From assembly GCF_009914755.1 (NCBI RefSeq), contig NC_060937.1: a stretch of 64,000 bases of DNA. One strand, given 5' to 3'. This document shows positions 24,809 to 39,579 of this stretch, piece after piece. Made by a program: the position numbers and the translations under genes. Numbering within the stretch: the first letter of the stretch is position 1; each line of letters begins with the position of its first letter. The stretch comes from the human T2T-CHM13v2.0 reference genome, Homo sapiens. The notes below the pieces were generated by a model. It was not told where the DNA came from. It ran no database searches and saw only the letters and a list, made by a program, of their open reading frames with translations.

Positions 24809-26118
24809 CAAATCTTCAAAGCTCCAAAATCATCTCCTTTGACTCCATTTCTCGCATCCAGGTCATGCTGATGCAAGAGGTGGGTTCCCATGGTCTTGGG
24901 CAGCTCCACCCCTGTGGCTTTGCAGGGTACAGTCTCCCTGCTGGCTGCTTTCTCAGGCTGGCATAGAGTGTCTGCATCTTTTCCAGGTGCACGATGCATG
25001 CTGTTGGTGGATCTACAAGTCTGTGGGCTGGAGGACTGTGGCCCTCTTCTCACAACTTCCATTGGCAGTGTTCCAGTGGGGACTCTATGTTGGGGCTCTA
25101 ACCCCACATTTTCCTTCTGCAGTGCCCTAGCAGAGGTTCTCTATGAGGGTTCTGTCCCTGCAGCAGTCTTCCGCCTGGACATCCAGGCATAGCCATACAT
25201 CCTCTCAAATCTAGGCAGAGGTTCCCAAACCTCAATTCTTGCCTTCTGTGAACCTGCAGGCTTAACACCACATGGAAGTTGCCAAGGCTTGGGGCTTGCA
25301 CCCTCTGAAGTCATAGCCTCAGCTATACTTTGGCACCTTATAGCGATGGGTGGAGCAGCTAGGACACAGGGCACCAAGTCTCTAGACAGCACAGAGCTGG
25401 GGGACCATGGTCCCAGCCCACAAAACCATTTTTCCCTCCTAGGCCTCTGGACCCGTGTGATGGGAGGGGCTGCAGTGAAGGTTTCTGACATGTCCTGGAG
25501 ACATTTTCCCCATTGTCTTGGTGATTAACATTTAGCTCCTCGTTACTTAGACAAATTTCTGCAGCAAGCTTGAATTCCTCCTCAGAAAGTGGGTTTTTCT
25601 TTTCTATTGCATCATCAGGCTGCAAATTTTCTGAAATTTTATGCTCTGTTTCCCTTTTTTAAATTTTTTGAAATAAGATCCAATTTTTAACCATATCTTT
25701 GTGAATACATAAAACTGAATGCTTTTAACAGCACCCAATTCACATCTTGAACACTTTACTGCTTAGAAATTTCTTCTGCCAGATGCCATAAATAATCTCT
25801 CTCAAGTTTAAAGTCTCACAAAACTGTAGGGTGGGGCAAAATGCCTCTAGTCTCGTTGCTAAAGCACAAAAAGAATCACCTTTGTTCCTCATCTCCATCT
25901 GAGACCACCCCAACCTGGACTTCACTGTCCATATCACTATCAGCATTTTGGTCAACCATTCAGCAAGTATCTACAAAGTTCCAAACTTTCCCACATTTTC
26001 CTGCCTTCTTCTGAGCCCTCCAATGTGTTCCAACCTCTGCCTGTTACTTAGTTCCAAAGTCAGTTCCACATTTTTGGATGTCTTTACAGCAGCACCCCAG
26101 TCTACTGGTATCAATTCA
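24809..26118 (-). mobile_element. THE1 internal sequence, truncated at its 3' end
   Basis: CAAATCTTCAAAGCTCCAAAAT...GCAAGAGGTGGGTTCCCATGG...CAGCAGCACCCCAGTCTACTGGTATCAATT. Confidence 0.9.
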
Positions 26119-26471
26119 CTCTATTAGTCCATTCTTATGTTGTTACTAAACAGATATCTGAGTCTGGGTAATTTACAAGGAAGGAGGTTTAATGGACTCA
26201 TATTCCACATGGCTGGGGAGGCCACACAATCATGGTGGAAGGCAAAGGAAGAGCAAAGGCACACCTTACATGGCAGCAGGCAAGAGGGCATGTGCTGAGA
26301 AACTCCCCTTTGTAAAAGCATCAGATCTCCTGAGACTCATTCACCGTCAAGAAAAAAGCATGGGTAAAACCCCCATGATACAATTACCTCCCAGGAGGTT
26401 CCTGCACAACACATGGAGATTATTACAATTCAAGGTGAGATTTGGGTGGGGACACAGAGAAAAACCATATA
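26119..26471 (-). mobile_element. THE1 (C/D-like) 5' LTR
   Basis: TATTAGTCCATT...CCACATGGCTGGGGAGGCC...GAGATTTGGGTGGGGACACAG...AACCATAT. Confidence 0.9.
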
Positions 26472-26479
26472 ATATCTGT

Positions 26480-28220
26480 CTCTTTTTTGTTATCTTTATA
26501 TTTTTTATATCTGTGGTATTTTCTAAATTACAATTCTAGTAATGAGCTCATATAGATACTGCTTTTAAAATTCCCTATGTCCTTCCTATGGGAAATAATG
26601 AAACTTGCTATTCACTCATATTATTTCCACAATTATTTTAAATTAATATTTTAATACCAAGTTAATACCTATGATGTAATCAGTAATCTTCTCCTTCTAC
26701 CATATTTTTAAAAATTGTATTTTACATTTATATTGTTAAAACATTTAAGTCAGTCATTTTATCCCTATAATTTAGTCTTAATTACATATATTTCAAAAAT
26801 TTCATGAGATAGTTTTCTGAAGTTTGTGCTAGTTTTTTTTTTCTGAAGTTCTGAATCTGAAGGTCATCCTCTAGATTACTTCAAAATAAATCAAGAAAAC
26901 AATTCTTTAGATCTGACATGTTGATAATTTAACTGCTGGTATCTGGGCTTCATATTTAAAGTCAGTTTAGCTGAAATTAAAATCTTGGTTAATGTTTCCA
27001 TCCTTGACTATCTTAAATTTATTACTCTATTGTGTTTTGGATACTCCATCATAGATAAAGGGTCATATAGGGATTTTCCTTTCTTTATAAGAGACTAATA
27101 TTTTGCTTTTATATTTATATATTTAATATATAATAAATATATATACATATACGTATACATATAAAATATAAAGTCTCAGCTGCTTAGGTAGAATATGGGT
27201 TTGTACCATTCTAGAATTATTTCTCCATAAATAGTGTGCATTATCAATATGATGTTTCTATTATTGTTATTTCTACTACTAACACTACTACTGCTCTTTT
27301 AGGAAAAATATATCAATATACACAGACAGACACACACAAACATATGTATATATACAGTATATGTGTTTGTATATGTATGTTTCTTTTTAATTGCTTTGCT
27401 CTTTCTTCCTTTATACACATTCTGTATGTTTTCATTCTAAGTTGTTTTCTTAATTTATCTATTTCTTTTGTTGAATTATTAATTTTTTGTTTTGCCTATG
27501 TTCTCTTTTCTTTGTTATATATGCCATGGTGTCTATTTACTTTTATTTTTCTTCTAGTATAATATTTATTTGCTAGTGTTATTTTCCTTTCATTGTACCC
27601 TTGCCCTTTGCTCATTATCTTGTTTTTGAGCTTTATACTTTCTGATTTATCAATTTTCTTGTACTTCCATAACTTTCTTAATTTTTAAGCTCATTTTGAG
27701 TTCATCTGATTTACACTCATATTTTCTCTCTTGCATTTATTATTTACACAGGATTTAACTCATTAACATATTTTCCTTAAAATATTTTTGCATCAATTTA
27801 ATCATAGTATTTTTAGTTGTTCATCTTGAAATTAGATAGATTTTTCTGTGCTTTTAAAAGATGAGTTCTGCCTAATTTTGAATTGGGCCAGTGTACTATT
27901 CCAAGTTTAACTCTTAGAGAGCTCTCTCCTATCTAACTTACTGCTAATTATTTACAATTCGTGTAATATGGTTCTCAGATTTACCTCCTATGGACACTCC
28001 TTCAATAGGTGAGTATCTTCATATTTTAGATCCAATGTTGCTGCCTTGCTATTTTTGAATTCTATGTTCAGCAAATTTTTGCTTAAGCTTGGTCTCTCTC
28101 CTCCTGTAAGGAAGTTTTTGTTGGGAATTACAGTGAATCTTAAAGTCTTAGACCTGCTCTTCATATGAATTCTAGTAAGTGCCCATGATCTCTTATATTC
28201 ACCTGCAATTTTCAAACTGT
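26480..28220 (-). mobile_element. Very old L1M/HAL1-like antisense fragment
   Basis: Long T-rich tract with L1 ORF1-antisense-like phrases (agtcagtttagctgaaattaaaatcttggtt); degenerate. Confidence 0.4.
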
Positions 28221-29467
28221 GGTATCTTAGAAGTGATAAAGTAGATTTTTATTTCCTAATTTTATGAGAACGATAAAGTGAATAAATAAACAATATTTTA
28301 TAAACTTTGTAACTTTTGGGTACAATTTCATGTTTTCTAGCTCTATGTGGATGTGTATTTCTGTGACTTAGCCTGCAATCCACAACAGGCTAGACTCGGG
28401 TCAATGTGTCTTGTGGCTTCATCCAGGTCTGTGATAGTGATACGAAGAGTTAATTTTAATGAAATGTTACCAGTGTATTCTCAGAATCACTCTCAGGGTA
28501 AACTGTAACAGATATATGTTAGTATACACAGCATTTGGCTCCAGTTCATCTAACAGCATATCCATCTAGTGAACTATAAAAATGTCCTCTTTTCTCCACT
28601 TTTGATAGTAAGATACTCTAAGATTATTATATTCATTGTTGTAAACAGCAATTACAGAGTAATGCAATCATTTAGGCATGATGCTTTAAATATTAGTAGT
28701 ATAAAAGTTGTCTTCAAAGAGAGATGTAAAGTGTATTTATTTAAATATACAAAATATTTTAATACAAATGTATATATCAAAAAGCCACATTTTAAAGGGG
28801 CACAGTAAACATTTAACAACAAAAACCAAAAAGCATACAATTCCTCAGAGTTAATTTCCAACATACTATGCATTCATAAAAATGTGACATACAATAGAAA
28901 AAGAAAACCTTTAATATTGAAACCAACCAGCCATATGAAACCAAGGAAGTTTATATTTAGTGAAGTTCTTTTAATACTTCAGAGTTTAAAATTTGGAGTA
29001 ATGAAAATTCTATTTTCATATGAATTAAAATGTTTGATATAAATTAGGATTAGGCTATCTTTTGTTGTTTGATTTTTTTTCCTAAAATTGCTAACTTAGA
29101 ACTAATTTTCAATTGGGTTCTGGCCAAATTGTCAAGGAAATTCATTAAAAATAAAAGCTTTACTGTTCATAATACCATATCAAGAAGATTGATTTGTACA
29201 ACATTTATTATAGGCCAAACAAATGTTAAAGGTGCATAGTCCATATAACTGCCTCAGGTAAAACACTGCAAGAATCATTCATCCAACCAGCAATAAATCT
29301 AGTCAGCATATGTGAAAAAATTATATTGTTAATTTCCTATGATTCTGTAAATGAATCCGAGTCATTGATTTTAACTAAGAAATAGAACAATGTATTTGGG
29401 ACATTAAATTGCATGCAGTTTTAATGTGCAGTCTTTTTGTTTCAGAAAAAAATAAAATAGCACATAT

Positions 29468-30075
29468 TTTTAAATTCCAGTTGTGGTAAAATACACATCA
29501 CATGTAATTTACCTTTGTAGGCATTTTTAAGTGCATAATTCACAGGCGTTAAGTATATTCATAATGTTGTGCAACCATCACCATTATCCATCTCCAGAAG
29601 TATTTCATAATCCCAACTGAAACTCTGAACCAATTGAAAAATAATTCCTCATTATCACCTCCCCCTGGCTCTGGTAACCACTATATTGCTTCATGTCTAT
29701 AAAATGGCCTATTTTAGAAACCTTATATAAATGGACTTTTATAATATTTGCCCTTTTGTGTACGTCATATTTTACTTAGAATAATGTTTTCAAGCCTCAA
29801 CCATGTTGTAGCATTTATCTGTATTTTTTTCTTTTTAAAGCTGAATAGCATTCTATTGCATGTGTATGCCACATTTTATCAATTAATCTATTAACGAACA
29901 TTTGGGTGGTTTCCACCTTTTGGCTATTGTGATTAATGCTCCTATGAACATTGGTGTACAAGTATCTGTCCCTATCACTGCCTTCAATTATTTTGGGTAC
30001 ATACCTAGATGTGAAATTACTGAATCATATTAAATTCCATGCTGAACTTTTTGAGCAACGATTACGCTGCTTTTT
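29468..30075 (-). mobile_element. L1MB 3' end
   Basis: ttgtggtaaaatacaca...gttgtgcaaccatcaccattatccatctccagaa...ttccaccttttggctattgtga...atacctaga. Confidence 0.85.
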
Positions 30076-33000
30076 ATGTATTATATTTTAAGTATAATGA
30101 CAGCATTTTAAAATTTAGTGGTTAGAGTATATCATCAATAAGCTAATAAAATAAAGTAAAAATAATTTTGGATAAAAGTTGTACTTGTTTTTTGTAGAAA
30201 AACAAACAAACTGAGTATTTAAATGTTGAAAATTATATTGTTTTTCCTAATTTTACGTGGCCAAGTGACTTCTAAAGTCTGAAAGCAGGCATACTTTCAT
30301 ATATAAATCATTATAAACAAAACAAAAGAAAATCTGTTATTTCACTCAAAATTTATAATTACTATTCTATTAAAGACTGTTTTCTAGACTGTTTTCTATG
30401 TACGCACCAAAAAACACAAAAAAGATACTATTATGTATATATTGATGTATGTATTTTATTTACTTAACAAGAAATCTCTGTATCTTTCCATATAAACATA
30501 TTAGCTATATTGTTCATCATTATGTGGACAGATCATAATTTATATTACAAAATTTCTCAAGGAGACCTACGGTGTTTTCTAGATTTTGCTATTACGAATA
30601 ACACTGCATTTAACAAGCATAAAGACATATATTTGTCAAGTTGTGTGATTATTTTTCTGAATAAAAAAGGATTAGAGGAATTCATAGGTAATTAGTTTAT
30701 ACATTCCAAATATTGCTAGTTTTATAAAGATGTATTTTACCATTAGAAAATATTTTTCTATGTAGCATCACATTAAGAAGAGTATTTCACAATCTAAGAT
30801 TATAAACACATCCTGTATAGTTTCTCACAATATTTAAAAGTTATATTTTAATATATGCAATGTGTTATTTTCATGGTGCTAAGTAGAAATCAATTTTAAT
30901 TTATATTTTCCAAGAAGCTTCAAATATATTTTATGAATAATTTAGACTATATGATAAAAGAAATATTTCTTTACTAGATTCAATTAGCCCAAATTTACAT
31001 GTAGCAAGGCTTATTGGAAATCTGCTTTATGTGAGTTTTAATTTCTTATTCTGGATACACTTGAAATCTGTGGTTGTTTCTTAATGCCCGAGTATGGTAA
31101 AGTAAACTGAACTTAAATAAGCTTAAGAGAAGCATGATAAAGGTTAATGTGTTTGGAATTATTGAAAGTCATAGAATCACAATGTAAATTTTGTGGGAAA
31201 CATGCAAAATGAATGGAATTCATTTGGAAAAATTTTAAAGTCTAGCTAGAGATGCCAACTACTTTCATGGACCAGAAGAGAATATTATTAATTTCTGCCT
31301 TCAAAGATGTTACAATATATTTGAAGTCATAATACACTAAACTCCCCCCCCAAAAAAGGTTAATATATATTTGTGAAATTAATCTACACTAACATTTGTT
31401 GATATCTACAAAAATTAACAAAGGAAATGTAACTTAATCAAATAATACTATTTTAATGTTTGTGGTAAATGACAAGACTGACTATTGAAGTTGCTTACTG
31501 TTCTTCCATAGTATAGGCTAGTACAGGGTTTAGACCCATGTATTTTTTCATTCTTTTGTTCATTTCATAAAAGCTTTTTAATAGATACATCTATATAAGA
31601 CAAATGACATACAAGAGGATAAAAAACTGGATATTAATCAATATACTACTTTATGAAGATTAGAATTTATTTTAAATAGCTTAGCATATTTCTATAGTTT
31701 AATAATAATCAAATAGCAGCTATTAAACTTATATGAAAGAAAAAAATCATACTCCCCAAAGTATAGTATATTTACTTACAATATGAATAATTGGGGAAAT
31801 ATAAATTTTTATTTTCATTTTTTCTTCTAGAATGATTTTCTCATATTTATAAAATTAATTTCTGCATTGTAGAGCCTATGATCTAGGATGTTTCCCCATA
31901 TTTGTCTCCTACCGATGGAACTTTATTTCCTTCATGATTAATTACTTTAAAAATGAAAGCACATTTGCAAGACTATCATTCTTCATATGCACAAATAAAA
32001 GGAGGCCTTGGATTTCCATTAATATAAGGAAGTTTTCTCTTCTCTTTGTCTTATCCCTTTTTTAGTGTAGAAAAAAATGATGATATAATGGAGTTTATCA
32101 TCAGCCTGAATCAACTTACGGATGGATATTAATGATGGAAAAGTAATGTATCACAGAGTTCTTTGTGTTATATTACTTTAATGCACAAAATAAATTGCAT
32201 TTTAGGTTTCAGTTTCAGTGGTGTTTGTTATGATTTCTGCAAGTAAGCATAACTTTGTTTAGCAACCTGAATTCACAGCAGAAGCCAGACATTGCTGTCA
32301 ACTTAAAGCAGCCACTGAATCTTTCTATTTGCTACTAATATCCTAGCCATCCTTATGCTGATTCTTACATCTCAGCTTTCAGAAAATGAGTGATTACATT
32401 TTCACATCCTTTCTTTTTGTCTTTATAGAATGAACTGAATTACTTAATAGGTCTTATTCTGCTCTTTAAATTCCAGGTCTGAATTCTCTGCTGAACTGTC
32501 TTAAAGCCTCAAAAACAAATTCTCATTGAAGTCATAGCATACATTCCTCTTTCACCGTTTATACAAATATCACAATGCCCTATTATATAAAGTTAATTCA
32601 GAGCATTATGTTACATATTCTCTCATCCTTTAGTCAGCTTTCAACTTCAGTGATTCCTCCTCATCTTTATTATGAATTTCAGAGACATAGGCAAATGAAT
32701 ACAAGGGAATTAGCTAATAGAAAAACAATATTTAACTTTATATAGTTTGAATCATGAGAAATATACCATTTTGAAAAAAGAACAGATTTTGATTATGGTT
32801 TTATCCTTCCAATAGTATTATTTCAAAGATAATTAGTCCAGCTTCGTGGTATAAAGCATATAATCAAGTAATAAAGCAAAATCTGACACCAAGTAATGGA
32901 GTTCTGGAAATAAAATGGTGGTAAGATGAAATCCATAATATTTAACTGCATTACCAAATTATATGTGTCAAGCCATATTTGTATTTAGTAAGTGCTGGTT

Positions 33001-33381
33001 ATATATCTTTGAAATTATGTGGTCAAAATATTATCTAAACGACCTGAAAGAAATAATGATAAAAATAGGTTGCTATAATAGAAAAAGGAGAAAAACAAAA
33101 GAATCATAGACCCTTAGTTGTGGATGTGAACTTAGAAATAATTTCAGCCAGGTGCATGACTTTAAAATGGGTAAAATATATCCCAAAAATAGAAATGAAA
33201 TTGCGTAAGTTATAATGTGTACAAACTAGATACAAGAACTCATGTTCTTTATTATACTAGTGAACTAGTAATCCAGTATCATGCAAGAGAAAGGATCATT
33301 TAGTTTTAATTTCTCAATGCTCTTATATAAGAAAAATATATAAATGGATTAGGAATTTCATATATGAAAGCTATGTATATG

Positions 33382-33538
33382 TAGACTCCCAAGTAGCTGA
33401 AACTACAGGCATGTGCCACTGTGTCCAACTAATTTTTAAATTTTAAAAATATTTTTTGTAGAGACAAGGTCTTGCTATGTTGTCCATGCTGGTCATGAAC
33501 TTGTGGGCTCAAGCAATCTTTCCTCCTAGGCCTCCCAA
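33382..33538 (-). mobile_element. AluJ fragment
   Basis: CTCCCAAGTAGCTGAAACTACAGGCATG...AGAGACAAGGTCTTGCTATGTTG...GGCTCAAGCAATC. Confidence 0.85.
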
Positions 33539-34344
33539 GAAAACAATATTTACGTCTATAAATTTTGAAGCAAATTTTCTGTTCTGTGTTTCATATCCTA
33601 TGAATATTATTGAGATTAGGCTCAGACTTATTTTGGATATTTCCACATAAAAGTTGCACTTGCACAAATAAAATTCAAAGTAAAAAAGAAGGAAAAGTAT
33701 TTAGAAATGAGAATAAAATTTGGCAGTGGCAATATTTTCTTTTGGTAGAACTAGAAGAATTAAAGAATATATAAAGTGTGTAGAAAAGAGAGATGAGTGA
33801 TTGCACTTTCAATTGAAACTACTTTTTTATAATATTTACACAATTAAATGTTTCTGAGTATCACTGTGTTTTCATGGTAAAACAGCATCTTTGTGAATTA
33901 GATAATTTGGAAACATATTCATTCTTCAAAGTACTAGTGTGGAATTCTCTTCATAATGTCCACCTGGTTGGAGTATCAGCTGAAAGCGTCTTTTCATTAG
34001 TGATCTCCCACACTGTGATGTTGCATTATTCTCCATTCTGCAACTTCTGTGCACAGATTGAAGAGAAAATCTGTGCTAAATTAAAGGGAGAAAGTGAGAG
34101 CAATGTCTCATTTTCTAACTTTCTCCACAACCTCAAATTCTTGGCCTTATATATTTTTTACATAAAGAAAGTGCTGAAATATCATCTGATTTAAAAAATT
34201 AAACAAAACAAGCCAGGGCCTTATTTAAACTAGAAAAATAAACGGACTATAGCGCCGAAAAACAATAGTGAATTGTATTATCTGTGGACTAGCCATTTGT
34301 AAGGAGATTCTAGAAAGTAATTCGGATGGCAAAAGTAGAAGATA

Positions 34345-34600
34345 TCAATTCTACACATGTTTATTGAGGAGTTATTATGTACACCTCTTTGTTCTAGGCC
34401 CCAGACTTACAGAGCAAAACAGATACGTTCTCTCTTCTCCCTCAGTTGGAGAGATCATTCCAAATAAAACTATATCATCCTCGATTTCACACCAGTGGTA
34501 AGTGTTCTGAAAGATAGATAGTGCTATAAGATTGTCTAAGAGGGAAAAGTGGATACTTTGGGGAAGTCAGAACCAGTATTGACATCTGTTAAGGTTAAGG
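34345..34600 (-). mobile_element. L2 3' fragment
   Basis: attctacacatgtttattgaggagttattatgta...gttctaggccc. Confidence 0.5.
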
Positions 34601-36556
34601 TGAATTCACAATAAGGGGATAAAAAGAAATACAAGATAGTAAGAGGACGAGGAGGAGACAGGATTTTAGAACAAATAATGAAAAATTTTGCTAGTCTTTC
34701 TTATGAGTATAAATTATGTCTCATTTATTACTGTTAAATAAGATAGTTAAATATTTAATTTTTGTCCACCCGCAAGCTAGATACCGTGTCAAAATCCAGT
34801 TTTTCAGGTCTGGTTCGGTCACTATGTACCTAGCCAACTTGTGTTTGAGGTCAATAACAAATTGCTTTAAAGTTGTTGTCCTTGTTGATGCCTGAGCTAC
34901 CACAAATAACAAATCCTATTTTAAACGTGCATTTTTAAAGGATCAAAATAAGTCAGCATTATTAGCTTTCAAGAAAGAGTAAAATATGAAAAGTTAACTG
35001 TCTTATATGGTTCTTTTAGCAAGTAATGCTTTATGTTGGATCTGTTCACTATTGACAGGTAAAAAAGGATAGTTAATCAATTTGAAGGAGGAAAAAAATC
35101 AGTTGGCCCTAGAATTTCTTTTTTCCTGCCTTATAAACTATTTGGGTAAAAGTTCACTAGCTTGAAGTTGGTGACTATCTTTGAGATGATTTCATGCTTC
35201 TCTGAAAGCTTCATCTATAAAGTCTTTTAAGACAATACAATTTTATGATTTTGCACCGAAATGCCATTGAAGGCTTCCTATCTATTCCCGAAAGAATGTC
35301 TAGAAGATAGGAATTATCTTTCCCCATCCAGAGAGACAACGTCCTTAAGTCTTTGGATAAGACAGCAGATGTAGAATCTACATGCTTTTTTGGATTTTTA
35401 GTAATTTATTTGAAGAGATGGAATAAAACAATTTTTATTTTATCCTAATGGATACTCCAAGAAAAAAATATTTGATATGATTTTTTTCAATTTTTTTAAA
35501 GACACACAAAACAAAGCTTTGCTGGATTCATATCTTGTTGGGCTTCTGTGATTTTGGACGATAATAATGTGCTTACCCTTGCTTTTACTTTTTGTTATTG
35601 TTTTACTTTTATATTTATTGATACAAAAAGTTGGCTAAGTTTAAATCAGGTCTAGACTTATTGATTGCAACTTGCCATTTAATTGTATATTCTGTTATAT
35701 AGTAAAAACAGAAAAAGCATTCTGAGATGTTTGCATGAAGGGTGTCATGCACAGCAAATATAAATGATGGATGGATTATGTACTACGTTTTTAAAAGTAT
35801 TAGCTAACCTACTTACTAAACCACTTAAAAATATTTTTAAAAAATCTTGGGTTCCAGAGAGACAAGAAAGAATGGAGGGTAACAAACGCTGTATTGATTA
35901 TTTTTAAAAGTTAAAAAGAGTGATCTCAAATAACTTTGAAAAATGACATCAATACTTAATAAAATAATGCAACAGATATTCAAAGAGGAAATGTTAAGTC
36001 CAGAGGCAATGAAATCAAGAACAATATGAAAGATGATTTTTCAGGTGAAAATTATGATAGGTTATCAATATTCATTCCCAATAGAATTTTATAAAAAACT
36101 AACAAGTAGAAGAAAGGAAAACAGTGTGTATGTGCATACAATACTCAGTTAATAAATGAGGTCTAAAAAGATCTATGATTTTATTAAGTTTTCTCAAAGT
36201 CACATTCAAGTACAACTACTCTTATGCTAACCAGAATTTCTTGTTTATATTCTCAGCTTTAATTCTTATCTGTCCCAGTGTACTTGAAATTTTATGAGTA
36301 AAGCTAGAATTATTGAAAGAAAATACATAAAAAGAACATGTGCAGTACAATATTAAATTTCGCTATGGGTTTCTAAAAGCAAACTCCTGTCTATAATAAA
36401 GGGCTATGGAATGTAACGATATGAGTGTAAATTTTGGAGATCTGGGTTAAATTTTCTAATATTCTAGATTTATAACCATAAACAATCTGGATAATTTTTC
36501 TTAAATTATTTCTTATTTTTAAAAATGATTTCTTAGTGTCTTCATATATATACTAT

Positions 36557-36917
36557 TGTGTTAGTCCATTTTCATACTACTATGAAGAAATATTTGCTAC
36601 TGGGTAATCCATGAAGAAAAAGAGGCTTAATGGACTCTCAGTTCCACATGGCTGGGGAGGCCTCACAATCATGGCAGAAGACAAAGGAGAAGCAAAAGCA
36701 CATCTTACATGGTGGCAGGCAAGAGGGCATGTGCAGGGCAACTTACCTTTATAAAACCATGAGATTTCATGAGGCTTATTCACTATCAGGAGAACAGCAC
36801 AGGAAAAACCACCCCATGATTCAATTACCTCCCACTGGGTCCCTCAATGACACACAGGGGTTATGGGAACTACAATTCAAGATGAGATTTGAGTGGGGAC
36901 ACAGTGAAACCATATCA
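36557..36917 (-). mobile_element. THE1 (C/D-like) solo LTR
   Basis: TGTGTTAGTCCATTTTCA...GTTCCACATGGCTGGGGAGGCCTCACAATCATGG...AAACCATATCA. Confidence 0.92.
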
Positions 36918-37477
36918 CAAATTCTTTTCACTTTCACAAGCATTGCAATTATTTCATATGAAATATCTAAATTATAATAAACACTATAATTTGTAGTTTA
37001 TTTAGTAACACAGTTTGGTTAATTGTAGACATTTTATGACCTTAAATAGTCTTATATAGTAACAAATATTAGGGAAGAACCTACTTAAGTCTAGGTACTT
37101 GGTTGAGCAATAGTTAGGCAAGGAGCTTTGGATCCTGATCTAATAGAGATATGACCTAGTTGAGTATTAAAACATAAAATTGCAGCAACAATAACATCTC
37201 AAAGCACACTAAATATGTAATTTTAAAGAGCAATAAAAGCTATACAAAGAAATAACAGATGCTGAGCTTAGCTTTCATTGATTCTGAATATCTTTGTGTG
37301 AGTACCATTTTTAAACTCATGATCCTTTATTCACTATCAACTACTTTTTTACAGGTTCTGGCTATTTGACCTTTACAAGATAATTCAGCATTATGCTAGC
37401 CCCATCTTCCACACAATCTTGCCTCCAATCATGCTGGGACACGGATGCCTTGAGGGATAGGCTAACCATGTCCCTGC

Positions 37478-37796
<319 letters not shown>

Positions 37797-38148
37797 ATCC
37801 CCACTTTCAAGTATCACTTGACACTGAAATTTTCCCTGATCTCCTTATTTAAAATAGAAACCAAGGACTCACCAACTCATCATTCTCAATTTTTATCTTA
37901 TCACTTAACATAAGTTACTCTTTAATTTAATATGCCCCCTCTCACTAAACGTAAATCTGAGGAAACTGAAGAAAGTGCAAAGGTTCTAAGGCACCTATGG
38001 AATGATTGGGAGCCATAGAGGTAAGTGGGACTCAGCATATTCAAACCCCATAAACCACAAGAGGGAGTTTCCTTTTACCCTGACGGTAATGGAAGCCAGA
38101 GAAGGGTTCTCTTGGGAGAATAACATGACCATATTTGCATTTTAGTGA

Positions 38149-38600
<452 letters not shown>

Positions 38601-39139
38601 AGGAATCCCAGTTTAATGTAAAAAAAAACTATATGGGCAACCTTCACATCATCACTTTGGGATGAGTGGGCAGTTCATCCCACGGGGGAAAAAAAAATGC
38701 TCTTTAGCATTCTCTAGTGGAGGGCTTTTTGGAACCTCAGTACCTCCGTGAAGAGCAGGGACAGTATTGTCCAACCACTCCACTGCTGCTCCTGGATAAT
38801 CACTCCTCTTGCCCTCAGTTAAAACACTCTTCTCTCCTTTGAGACTTCTACAAACTGCCACAGTGCTCCTTATCTCTATGCTCCTGTCTCTTCACGTCAA
38901 GGAGACTTCCTTGATATCTTTTTGTTAATTGAGGATATGGCACCTGTTTCATAATAAATCATCAAATCTTATTACCAATCTGTAAGGGTTCAATGTTTTT
39001 GTGGAAAGCCTCTCCAACCTCATTGTCAAAGTGAGTTGTATAGAACGTAAATTAGAACATGTCACTATTCCTTCGAATTTTTCACAGTCCCTTTTTTTCC
39101 CCTTCTAGATTAAAAATTATCATACTCTTTAGCTTATAA

Positions 39140-39352
39140 GAGTAATTATCAACCAAGGGTAATTTTTCATCCTAGGAGACATTTGGCAATACGTGGGGAC
39201 ATTTTTGATAGTCACATCTGGAAAGGTGTTACTGATATCCAGAGAGTGAGGGCCAGGATACTGTGAAACATCCTAAAATACACAGAGCGGTCTCCCACAG
39301 CAAGTCATTATCTGACCTAACATATCAGTAGTGCTAAGGAAGAGAATCCTTG
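39140..39352 (+). mobile_element. MER20 non-autonomous hAT DNA transposon
   Basis: ggagacatttggcaatacgtggggacatttttgatagtcac...ggccaggatactgtgaaacatccta...ttatctgacctaa. Confidence 0.85.
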
Positions 39353-39579
39353 ACCTAAAAGTTTTCAATGATTTGGAAGCTTTTTATAAATTCAACAGAA
39401 TCTTCTTACTTCCTACAGTTGAGCCATGACAGCCTCCTTTCTGGTTTTTTTATATTGCCAAACTTTTTCCTGTGTCAAAAGCCTTACTCATTGTTATTGC
39501 CTCAAACAGTTTCTCCTGTCCCATTTCTGAATGGAGAGAAATGCACTGTTGGGAGTATGCAAATAACATGAGTGGGTCG

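Noticed and set aside
24775-26539. Several 70-116 aa ORFs
   Set aside because: Fragments of the THE1 internal region and LTR, broken by stops and frameshifts.
27236-27562. 108-aa hydrophobic ORF resembling a membrane protein
   Set aside because: Product of T-rich degenerate antisense LINE and low-complexity DNA.
33874-34501. Two adjacent ORFs (106 and 77 aa) near a few CpGs
   Set aside because: No recognisable domain or splice structure; the second overlaps an L2-like fragment.
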